A stretch of 64,000 bases of DNA from an uncultured Nitrospiraceae bacterium (GTDB lineage: Bacteria > Nitrospirota > Nitrospiria > Nitrospirales > Nitrospiraceae): positions 1,536,001 through 1,600,000 of the forward strand of contig CAVSTP010000004.1 in the NCBI GenBank assembly GCA_963730935.1, written 5' to 3'. The notes beneath the pieces are model-generated. The model searched no databases, was not told the origin of the DNA, and worked only from the letters and a program-made list of their open reading frames with translations. Position numbers and translations under genes: made by a program. Positions 49,602 through 58,223 of this stretch are shown here, in pieces (the stretch's first letter is position 1; each line of letters begins with the position of its first letter).

Positions 49602-50646
49602 CTACCCCTTCGAAGCGCCGGCAACAGCAGACCCGGACGACTTGCTCAGAATTCCCATGACAAACGGACACCGGAGCAAGGAGGGGCTCAGGCTGACACC
49701 TTGCCGCTCCTCGACCTGCCGCCGATGGCCTAAGATAGTATCCGTAAAGCGCCATCAAGCCGGCGACCAGCCCGCCACCACCAATGGCGTAGGACGTGGG
49801 GACGCCCGGCTGCTTCAGCAGGAAAATCACGACGCCCGCCAAGACCAGATAATAGGTCGAGGCGAATGCCAAGCCTGGCCACCACCAGTATTTCAGCAGC
49901 TCAGCCGGCTTGGTTTCCATCAATCCATCCAGCCATGAGTCCGACGGTCTCAGACCGCCGAAATAGGCGCAGAGAGCGAGGGCGCCGGCGAACACCGTCA
50001 CGGCCGAGACCTGCACGAGCATCGCGGCCTGCTGATTGTCGAAGACCGCTCCTAATGAGGCGCCCCCGGCGCCGACCATGAGTCCCACCGCAATCCACGG
50101 TCCGACGATCGTCGCGTGGGTGGCCAGCAGGCTCCGCAGGGCAAGGCCGTTCGGAAAGGTGGGACAGGGCCGTCCCATCAAGGCCACCTTGCGCACATAG
50201 CCGATTTCGAACGCGTCACGGGCGACTGCCGTACAGGAAATGATGATGGCCATCATCGCAGGCCCGTCTGGATGTTTCAGATAGTCGTAGCCAACGAGCC
50301 ATAGGAGTGCGAGGACGAGAAGCGACAGCTGCACAGCATAGACAAACCCGATCCATCCGGCCATCCATGTCAGGAGCCTTCTGCCGTCCTCGCGGAAGAG
50401 CTGAGCCCACGCCGTCCCGCGTCCCACTCGGTAGGCCAGCATCGCCGTCAGCAGGCCCACAATGCCACTGATCAGCAGCAGCACCACCGGTTCCGTCAGC
50501 GGCACCAGGTGTTTGGCCACTCGATAAATTCCAAAGGCGACCAGGCCAGGGACGAACATGACCAGGCGCTTCTGCTTCCGGACAGCATCCTCGGTCACAG
50601 CCAGGCTGAGACTAGGAAGAACCCGCAATGCCATTCGATGCAGCAT
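49602..50646 (-). CDS. Polytopic membrane protein of unknown function (probable frameshift near the C-terminus, ~49730)
   Basis: About eight hydrophobic segments; HPDGPAMM and RDAFEIG; the alternate frame continues GHRRQVEE...RCPFVMGIL. Confidence 0.65.
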
Positions 50647-50748
50647 ATCTCTATTTCGTTCCCCTCAATGAAGGGCAGGCGTCGCATCAATGGGGTCCAT
50701 ACACCGGGCGAGGTGCGAGGAGGAGCACTGATCGACGACAGGTTCCGC

Positions 50749-51240
50749 TCAGCCCTTTGCGCCCAACCCGAAATATTTTGCCTTCACTTCTTCCATCAAC
50801 GCAACTGTAATCCGACCAGCGCCGCGGTCTGCCGCCGTACGCTCAAACTCGATTTTCGCCATGGCCCGCACCGGAGCGGGCACATTGTTTAACCGGCATT
50901 CCGCGTCCGGGTCCCATTCAATCCGCGCACTGCTTCGCGGCCGCAGCAGACCGTCGTAGGTCGCCACCCGTTCTCCGCGTGCGCGCAAATCCTGCTCGAT
51001 CTCGTCCTGGAACAGCGGAGCCAGATAGGGCGGCATCCGCTCCAACCGATGCAGCGCGTCGTCGGTCCACATCATACGATCGACGAGTCCGTTCATCTGT
51101 CCTGCCGGCACGTCAACGCCGATTTTCAGGCCGCATCCCCGGCATTCGGAGCGGATGAACCATTGTTGCGAGCCGTCTTCGCAGGTCCGTTCTTCGATCC
51201 CTTCCGTATGCATCCAGCGCCCGCACCCACAGGTCAACAT
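50749..51240 (-). CDS. Zn-ribbon plus two PCP-reductase-like (BchB C-terminal-like) domains
   Basis: CGC...CRGC; WTDDALHRLERMPPYL and WDPDAECRLNNVPAPVR repeats. Confidence 0.75.
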   Translation of the reverse strand: MLTCGCGRWMHTEGIEERTCEDGSQQWFIRSECRGCGLKIGVDVPAGQMNGLVDRMMWTDDALHRLERMPPYLAPLFQDEIEQDLRARGERVATYDGLLRPRSSARIEWDPDAECRLNNVPAPVRAMAKIEFERTAADRGAGRITVALMEEVKAKYFGLGAKG

Positions 51241-51250
51241 GGTCGCACGG

Positions 51251-51972
51251 TCATCCGATCTTGCCTGGATACAAGATGTAGAGCATCGTGTACGTCGTCG
51301 TGCCGGTCACAAAGAGGACGCAATAGATGATCATCGTGAAGCGTCCGAGCGCTCGATGGCGTTGCCCGCCGTCCGGCCAAATACGCTGGATCGTCATTTC
51401 CACTGCAAACACAACCGCGATCAGCGCCAGAAGTCCGACCCACACTACGAGTCTTCCCATCCGAAAACGATCTGCTGCCACGAGGTACGACCAAGTACAA
51501 CGCGACCAGCGGCACAGAGCATCCCGAAGATCATACCGACTCTTCCCCACGTCGTCTGAAGGAGCGGCTCGCTGAGGATCCGTCGTCCCTTGCTCGATCA
51601 CCTGGGCGCGAAACCCCAGCACGATCATGTAGACCGCCATGACCAATCCAATAATCACCAGAATGATATGAACAAGTGAGAGCGGGATAAACACATAGTC
51701 GTAGAGGCTTGCGATCCGCCGAATCCTTCTTTTCCTTCAAAGGCCAGCACGCCTAATTGCCGGAAGAGATAGTAGCTCACGAAGAACCCCAGCATGGCCA
51801 CCATGCCGCCCAACATCAGCCAGTGATGGGCATCCGCCTGGCCGCTTCCGCGCCTTGAATCCAGCCGATCACGAAGAGCCCGGTAAAGAACGTCGCCATG
51901 AGCTGGCTGAGATCGGCCCCGACCGTGGCGTGAGTTCCAAAAAATCCCGGGTTCTCTTAACCAGTCCATCAT
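51251..51972 (-). pseudogene. DUF420 (CtaM/YozB-like) membrane protein with several frameshifts
   Basis: Joined frames: MMDWLREPG...ADLSQLMA...AHHWLML...FFVSYY...EGFGG...YDYVFIP...HIIL...HRALGR...TGTTTY.MLY. Confidence 0.7.
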
Positions 51973-51980
51973 GATGTCCG

Positions 51981-52973
51981 TTACCGCTCGCAGGTCTTCA
52001 TCACCTTGGACGCACTGCCGTTCGTTCCAATTCACTGACTGAAACGAAACCCGGCTTTCGTCATCCACTGCATCGCGTCCGCCGTCTTGTAGCAGGCCCC
52101 TTGCTGGGTATTGACCAGAATGTGCACGGCGAACGCCGTCGTCCAGGCGGGACCGGTGCCCGCCTCATCGAGAAAGCGATCCTTGATCACGAGTCGCCCG
52201 CCTGGCGCCAGATGTTCATAAACCTTTTTGACGAGCGCCTGATTCGTCTCGAAGGTCTGGTAGTGCAGAATGTCGGACATGAGCGCGACATCGTACGGAC
52301 CGCCAAGTTCATCCAGGTTAAAGTCTCCACCCAGCATCGCGATTCGAGATTCGAATCCGGCATCTTTGACTGTTTTCTCCGCCAGAGGAAGCGTCGCGGG
52401 AAGATCGAACACCGTCGCGGTAAGTTCGGGATAGACCTGGCAGAAGGCAATCGCGTTGGTGCCGGCCCCGCCACCCAAATCCAGGAGACGGACGCGTCCC
52501 TCGAGTCGCAATCTCTTGGCCAGTTCCGGTCCGCTCTGCTGGCCGATGCGATGGAGCACGGCCAGCACGTTCGCCCCTAAGGCTGGGTCGGTTTCGAACA
52601 CATGCCGGTCCACTGTCCGTTTCCCCGAACGGATCGTGTCTTCCAACTTCCCCCAATTATTCCATTCTGCGTCATGCAGGAGCAGGAGATGACCGATATA
52701 TTGCGGGGAATGGCGGACGAGATGTGTTTCTGCCGCAGCGCTGTTGCCGTAGAACTCCGCCGTCTTCGTCAGGAGGCGCATGGCGACGAGGGCATTCAAG
52801 AGCAGCACAAGCGTTGGCTCGTGAGCGCCGATTTTGGCTGCCACTTCGGTTGCAGTTTTGGGCTTCCCGTCAAGAGCCGAGAAGACGTCTAGCCGGACTG
52901 CGGTCAGGAGAATCTTGGTCTCCCAGTAATAGCCCAGCTGGAAGATTTCGGCGAGGCATAGTTCCCGTGACAC
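51981..52973 (-). CDS. SAM-dependent O-methyltransferase (dimerisation + Methyltransf_2); C-terminal end uncertain owing to indels
   Basis: AVRLDVF, LLDLGGGAG, FDLP, GDF, ILH, LAPGGRLVI. Confidence 0.85.
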
Positions 52974-52988
52974 ACCAATCCCCTCACA

Positions 52989-53028
52989 GCAGGATGTTGA
53001 AGAACGGCCGCCTTTTTGAACATCCTGC
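52989..53028. repeat. Minimal copy (termini only) of the terminal-inverted-repeat element
   Basis: GCAGGATGTTGAAGAA-CGGCCGCC-TTTTTGAACATCCTGC; termini resemble those of 29967..30166. Confidence 0.6.
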
Positions 53029-53118
53029 AGCCCAAATAGTTGTTGAAAGACGGCATCTTACCCAGTTCAGAAACTGAAAGGCAAGGCTGGAAGGGATCGA
53101 GAAGATGTCGATAAAACA

Positions 53119-53149
53119 CGAAGGGCAGCGGAAGATCCGCTGCCCTTCG
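53119..53149 (-). terminator. Rho-independent terminator
   Basis: CGAAGGGCAGCGGA/TCCGCTGCCCTTCG 14-bp stem followed on the minus strand by TGTTTT. Confidence 0.75.
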
Positions 53150-53182
53150 ACGGCTGCTGCCGTTGTCGCGACCGAGTCGCGC

Positions 53183-53977
53183 TTACTTGAGCTCAGCCTT
53201 CAGGTTGGCTGTTCCACCGTCTGCCACTTCGACTTCAAACTCGGTCTTCTTGCCCTTTCCAACAAACGGGTGCCAGGCCACGACCTTGTGCTTGCCGGGA
53301 GGCACATCCTTGATCTCGAACGTCCCGTCGTCCTTTACCACCGCGAAGTGGGGGTTCGAAACCGGGAGGAAGAACGACTGCATGAACTCATGCTGGTCGC
53401 ACTGCAGACGATAGAACCCGTCCTTTTCTGCACCACCACGGAAGGTGACGGGCTTGTCCAGCTTGTCGCCCTTCTTCGCGAGACCGATGTTGAAGCCGGT
53501 CGCAGAGGTGGAACCCTTCACGGTGAAGCTGTGAGGATTGTGGAGCACGCCCTGCACCGACTTGGGATCGTCGGGATCCGAGTCATGGTTTTCCACATGG
53601 AAGTTCTTGGTGTTCACCACCACGCCGGAATACGGCAGAAACTCGCAGAATTCGGCGATGACTTCCGTCCCTTTGTAGCCGTCCATGAATGCCTTGTCTT
53701 CGACATCCACGACCGCCACGACAGCGTTCTTCAACCCGCCATCCTTGCCCACTTCAATCGTGGGGAAGAACCGCTTGTCCCCATCCATGAGCTCCTTGTG
53801 GGGATTCTTCGGGCAGAACTTCGGGTTGGGGAACTTCGCGAAGGAAAACTCTTTCTTCTCAGCCTTCCCCGCGTAGGTGACTTTGCCGGCGATTGTCCCG
53901 CCTGCAAAGGAGGTGACAGGTGCCGCGACGAACGCGACGGCTGCCACGCCAAATACGATGGATAACGCACTCTTCAT
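53183..53977 (-). CDS. Exported carboxypeptidase-regulatory-like domain protein with a cupredoxin-like insert
   Basis: Signal peptide; GTIAGKV, GGLKNAVV, LHNPH, CDQHEFM, NPHFAV...G.FEIKDVPPG...AWHP. Confidence 0.8.
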   Translation of the reverse strand: MKSALSIVFGVAAVAFVAAPVTSFAGGTIAGKVTYAGKAEKKEFSFAKFPNPKFCPKNPHKELMDGDKRFFPTIEVGKDGGLKNAVVAVVDVEDKAFMDGYKGTEVIAEFCEFLPYSGVVVNTKNFHVENHDSDPDDPKSVQGVLHNPHSFTVKGSTSATGFNIGLAKKGDKLDKPVTFRGGAEKDGFYRLQCDQHEFMQSFFLPVSNPHFAVVKDDGTFEIKDVPPGKHKVVAWHPFVGKGKKTEFEVEVADGGTANLKAELK

Positions 53978-54148
53978 GTTACTGCCTCCTTGTGATTAAA
54001 CGAAAAACCCGACATTAATGGATATTAGCTCGCTGTCCCCCGTCTTCATTCCGGTTACGAGAGGAACAAGAAACCGCTCCCTCTCTGGGTACTCGATTGA
54101 CGACTTGGCTGGCGAGGCTGGTTCTAGACGGAGTAGATATACTGAATG

Positions 54149-55522
54149 TTACCGTGGGATGTCAACAGGTTGTAACCTCGCCCCGGCGGCCCCTTTCACC
54201 GGCGGAAGCACATGGAGCAATGCGCCGGCGGCAGTGGCCCGGACGGCTTCGTTTTGATCGTGCAGAGCGGCTTTCAGGTCGGCCACGATCGCCTGATCGC
54301 CGATATGGCCGAGGGAACGAAGGGCGACGGTTTTTGGACCAGGAAGCGGATCTTCGGCGAGCGCCGACAATAGGGAGATGGCCCCCTGGCGATTCGCCTT
54401 GGTGGCCTTCCCCATGGCAAACGCAGCCGACGATCGTGAAGCCGGGTCATTGTGCTGGGCAAGCGCCAATAGCGTTGGCCCGACCGTCTCGAACGGCTGG
54501 CCCAGCTGCAATAGGCCTGCGGCCATTGCAGCTCGCACACTGAATACGGCGTCATTCATTTTGCGCATCAATGCTGGCACCGCATCTTTGTTGCCAAGGT
54601 CGGCAAGCGCAGCCGCGGCGGATTCACGGACGGGGGGTACGGGATCATCGAGCAGCTTCTCGATGTCTTCCCGTGCCTCGTTTCGATGGAGATGGCCAAG
54701 CCCTCTGGCGGCGGCCGCGCGCACCGAAGGCTGATTGTAGGTCAACAGACCCCTCATCAACGGCGTGGCCCGCTGATCGTTGAGGTCCGCCATGGTACGA
54801 AGGGCCTCCGCCCGATCTTCCGGATTGGGCGCCTCGGCCGCCTTGCGCAATTCCTCCCAAGCTTCCGTGCGCCCGAGCCGGATCAATGCCCCGAAGGCGG
54901 CAATGCGGACGGTTGCCAATTCGTCCTTCGCAGCCCGTTCGATTAGCGGAAGCACGGACCGGTCTGTGCTCTTTCCCAGCGCCTTGACCGCCCGTGCTTT
55001 GACAATGCCCGCCTGATCTTCCAGCGCGCCTCGCAACTTTTTCGACTTGCGGCCCTTGTCTGATCGTCCCAACCCTTCGACAGCCAATACCCTCACCGGT
55101 CCGGAACCATCGCTCAACCCGTCTTCGAAATACGGTACTGTTTCATCGGAATCGATTTCCTTCAGCGCCGTATAGGCCGCCCCGCGCATTTGCTCCCGCA
55201 TGTCCTTGACGAGCACCACAATGAACCCAAGCGCCACCTCGCGCAGCAGCGGGACATCGTCTTGACGGAGTCCCGCCTCAAGCTTGTCATATTCCGCAAG
55301 CGCCTCTTGAGGTGTTCCGAGCTTTACCAGCGTCCGTACCTTCAAGCGGCGTACCTCGGGCGATGCCTGCTCGTCCTGACTCAGCTTGGAAAGGCCATCG
55401 ACAACCTGCTGGTATTTCTTCTCGTCGTACAACGCCTTGAGGTCTGGCGGCACAGAAGACGAACCGGCTCCCAGCGCGAAGAACGTCAGAACGACGAGCG
55501 CAGTCCATGTCATGTGACTCAT
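54149..55522 (-). CDS. Exported HEAT/PBS-lyase repeat protein
   Basis: Signal peptide; repeated D....VR..AA.ALG.L units. Confidence 0.85.
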   Translation of the reverse strand: MSHMTWTALVVLTFFALGAGSSSVPPDLKALYDEKKYQQVVDGLSKLSQDEQASPEVRRLKVRTLVKLGTPQEALAEYDKLEAGLRQDDVPLLREVALGFIVVLVKDMREQMRGAAYTALKEIDSDETVPYFEDGLSDGSGPVRVLAVEGLGRSDKGRKSKKLRGALEDQAGIVKARAVKALGKSTDRSVLPLIERAAKDELATVRIAAFGALIRLGRTEAWEELRKAAEAPNPEDRAEALRTMADLNDQRATPLMRGLLTYNQPSVRAAAARGLGHLHRNEAREDIEKLLDDPVPPVRESAAAALADLGNKDAVPALMRKMNDAVFSVRAAMAAGLLQLGQPFETVGPTLLALAQHNDPASRSSAAFAMGKATKANRQGAISLLSALAEDPLPGPKTVALRSLGHIGDQAIVADLKAALHDQNEAVRATAAGALLHVLPPVKGAAGARLQPVDIPR

Positions 55523-55526
55523 TCCG

Positions 55527-56177
55527 TTATCCACGTTGCCCTCGAACCGTCGCAAGCTGCCGCTTTTGGTACCCTGGCGGTTCGTTGAAATACTCAGGGG
55601 GCTGCGGAGACCATCTGATCCGTTCATAGACGAATGACCAGTCGCGGTCGCGGCTGACGAGCTTGAGCACCGTGCCTGTTTCCACATCGACCCATTCGAA
55701 CCACTGTTCCATTCGTCCATGCCGGTCTGTTTGGACTTCATATAGCTGTGCGGGCCGTCCTACAACCGTTGCGTCGCCGACCAGTGTCCTGCCACGTTCT
55801 CCTGGAAGGGTCGGCTGCATCGGCAGCACATCGTCTGGATCGAGCGGCGTGACCAGTAACTCCTTCTGTTGCGCCAGCAGGTACCAGGCTTCCTCACGAT
55901 CCAACCGGATGATCTCGATTGCCGCGTAGCCATAGTCCGTGCGGATCGCGTATTTGTATTCGAGCCTGAAACGGTCGCCCTTCGCAAACACCTGCGCCTG
56001 ATACTGTTTTCCGTTCACCTGCTTGATGAGGGTTCCCGAAAACTCGTGCGGGGAGGCCATCTGTTTTTCGGCGACTGCAGGAACAGGGGGTATCCAAAGC
56101 GTAGTGGCAAAGGTCGAGGCAAGTAGGAAAGAGGCCAGGGACTTGGCAGAAGCAATCGGTTCGCGGCTTTTCAACAT
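55527..56177 (-). CDS. Exported hypothetical protein (DUF4412/LolA-like)
   Basis: Signal peptide; beta-rich; VGDATVVGR..EWVD...F.EPPGY pattern. Confidence 0.6.
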   Translation of the reverse strand: MLKSREPIASAKSLASFLLASTFATTLWIPPVPAVAEKQMASPHEFSGTLIKQVNGKQYQAQVFAKGDRFRLEYKYAIRTDYGYAAIEIIRLDREEAWYLLAQQKELLVTPLDPDDVLPMQPTLPGERGRTLVGDATVVGRPAQLYEVQTDRHGRMEQWFEWVDVETGTVLKLVSRDRDWSFVYERIRWSPQPPEYFNEPPGYQKRQLATVRGQRG

Positions 56178-56180
56178 CCA

Positions 56181-57107
56181 CTAATGCTGATGTTCGACGA
56201 ACGGATCAATCTCAATAGCTCGACCAAGCGATTCCGGGCCGAAACGGGGATTGTCAACCACCTTATACGCGGACCGGTCGCCTTTCGGCGCCGGCAATGA
56301 GAGTTGCTCGGTCACTTTGCCGTCGGCCTTCACGGTCACCATCTTCGTCATACCTGGACCCGTCTGCGGATGCCAGACGACGAGTTGATAGGTTCCAGGA
56401 GGCACCTGCGCCAGAGAGAATTTTCCGTTCTCGTCCGTTAGGACGTAGTAGGGATTGTTCACCGCCATGGCCCAGCTTTCCATGTACGCATGGAACCCGC
56501 ACTGCATATAAAACGTACGCCGGCCCTTGTTCAGATAGATCGGTCCCACAAGCGACTTGCCCGGCGCATGATTGTGAATTGCATGGAGGTCGCCGCGGTT
56601 GTGCTGATGGTTCATGACCAGCGGCGTATTGAAGAGTACCCGGGCACCGGCTTCCAACGAGGTTTCATAGCCCTGAATATCATGCATGACGGGATCCATA
56701 TTGACCACTTCGACGGCGTGCCCGTTGCGCACAATCGTCATGAACGGCTGAAACATGCAGTCGCGCGCCTCTATTAATGGGACGGACACTTCAAAGGGCT
56801 TGCCTGCCTCGACTCCTTCGAGCAGCACGATCGCATCCTTCAGGCCGCCGTTAGGACCGACCACAAAATCATGAAGGAGCCGCCAACCCCGTCCGTTCGA
56901 GATGCGCCCGCAATACTGGGGGTCCGGAAACGTGATCAGGTTGAAGCCTTTGGGTTCGGGCACGGCCCCTTCGAGTGTGACCGTCCCTTCAACGACGCCG
57001 CCATGCTCCACGTCGATGACGTCATAACCGAAGGCGGCACTGTTGCAGAGGACGACCGCGACGACGAGATTCAATCGTAAGAAGTGCGTGATCAGACCTG
57101 CATTCAC
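56181..57107 (-). CDS. Exported carboxypeptidase-regulatory-like domain protein with a cupredoxin-like insert
   Basis: NMDPVMHDIQ, His-rich loop HQHNRGDLHAIHNH, CGFHAYM, VPPGTY..WHP. Confidence 0.8.
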   Translation of the reverse strand: MNAGLITHFLRLNLVVAVVLCNSAAFGYDVIDVEHGGVVEGTVTLEGAVPEPKGFNLITFPDPQYCGRISNGRGWRLLHDFVVGPNGGLKDAIVLLEGVEAGKPFEVSVPLIEARDCMFQPFMTIVRNGHAVEVVNMDPVMHDIQGYETSLEAGARVLFNTPLVMNHQHNRGDLHAIHNHAPGKSLVGPIYLNKGRRTFYMQCGFHAYMESWAMAVNNPYYVLTDENGKFSLAQVPPGTYQLVVWHPQTGPGMTKMVTVKADGKVTEQLSLPAPKGDRSAYKVVDNPRFGPESLGRAIEIDPFVEHQH

Positions 57108-57183
57108 GATGTGCTCCTTATGATGTGAAGGGAATGGATAAAAACTATGTGTATTTGTGTATTATGGATGAACGGTCGTCACC

Positions 57184-58092
57184 TTAGGGCGTCTGCACCT
57201 CGAGCGTCGGTCGAATATCCAAGGTCTTGCCAAGCGAATCAGGCCCAAAATGCGGGTTCTCTTCGATTTCATGGGCGCTGCGCCGGCCCTTGGGAGATTC
57301 GAATACGAAATCGGCCTGCGCCGATCCTTTGGCCGGAATGGTGATTTTCTTTTCGAGGACCGTTCCCACACCCGGATGCCAGGCCATCAGCGTATAGTCG
57401 CCGGGTGGCACATCGGTCAGCGAGAATCCTCCGCTACTATCGGTCAATTGATAGTAGGGATTGTCCACGGCAAGCCCCCAACTTTCCATATAGGCATGAA
57501 ATCCACACTGCATGACGAAAAATCTCCGCCCTTTGGTCATCTGGATCGATTCTCGGACCGGTTGACCAGCCAGATGCTCATGAGTCTCGGCACTCACAAA
57601 GCGCTTGTGGTGCGGGTTCATGGGAAGCGGGGTGTTGAAGAGGACCCGTGGCCCCAGGTGTGATGTCTCATAGGCTTGGATGTCGTGCATCACAGGATCC
57701 ATGTTCATCACGACCACATCTGCTCGGTCGCGGACGACTGTGACAAAGGGTAAAAACCGGCAATCTCGCGCTTCGATGGTCGGTGGCTCAAACTTAAACG
57801 GCTTGCCCTTGGTCGCATCAGCCAACCAGACGACGGCATTCTTGAGATCTCCGCTCTCCGTTACTTCGAATTCCTTTAAGATTCGCCAGCCGGTCCCGGT
57901 CGAAATCCTTCCGCAGTAGACGGGATCTGGAAATGTTACGAGGTTGAAACCTTTGGGAATCGGCTTGCCCGCGGTGATGGCCACTTTTCCCGTGACGGTT
58001 CCCCCATCGGTGACCTGAATTTCCTCGTATGCCCAGGCGGTTGCGCCAGTCATCACCAGCCAACCGCACAATAGCAGCAGCCTCTTCATCAT
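57184..58092 (-). CDS. Exported carboxypeptidase-regulatory-like domain protein with a cupredoxin-like insert (tandem paralog)
   Basis: NMDPVMHDIQ, PHH...THEH, CGFHAYM; closely similar to 56181..57107. Confidence 0.8.
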   Translation of the reverse strand: MMKRLLLLCGWLVMTGATAWAYEEIQVTDGGTVTGKVAITAGKPIPKGFNLVTFPDPVYCGRISTGTGWRILKEFEVTESGDLKNAVVWLADATKGKPFKFEPPTIEARDCRFLPFVTVVRDRADVVVMNMDPVMHDIQAYETSHLGPRVLFNTPLPMNPHHKRFVSAETHEHLAGQPVRESIQMTKGRRFFVMQCGFHAYMESWGLAVDNPYYQLTDSSGGFSLTDVPPGDYTLMAWHPGVGTVLEKKITIPAKGSAQADFVFESPKGRRSAHEIEENPHFGPDSLGKTLDIRPTLEVQTP

Positions 58093-58154
58093 GCCTCCAA
58101 GATCGATCCGATACAGTGCAGTCTGGTCATCGTACCAAATGCACTACACAAAGC

Positions 58155-58184
58155 AAAAGGGGGAAGCCTTGCGGCCTCCCCCTT
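58155..58184 (-). terminator. Rho-independent terminator after the multicopper oxidase
   Basis: Minus strand AAGGGGGAGGCC-GCAA-GGCTTCCCCCTTTT. Confidence 0.8.
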
Positions 58185-58223
58185 CATTGCTGCATTGCCC
58201 TCCGTCTCGGAAGGCGCCGATGC

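Noticed and set aside
54137..54165. Promoter upstream of the 53183..53977 gene
   Set aside because: TTGACA is present on the minus strand, but the -10 match at 17-18 nt spacing is poor, so it was not reported.
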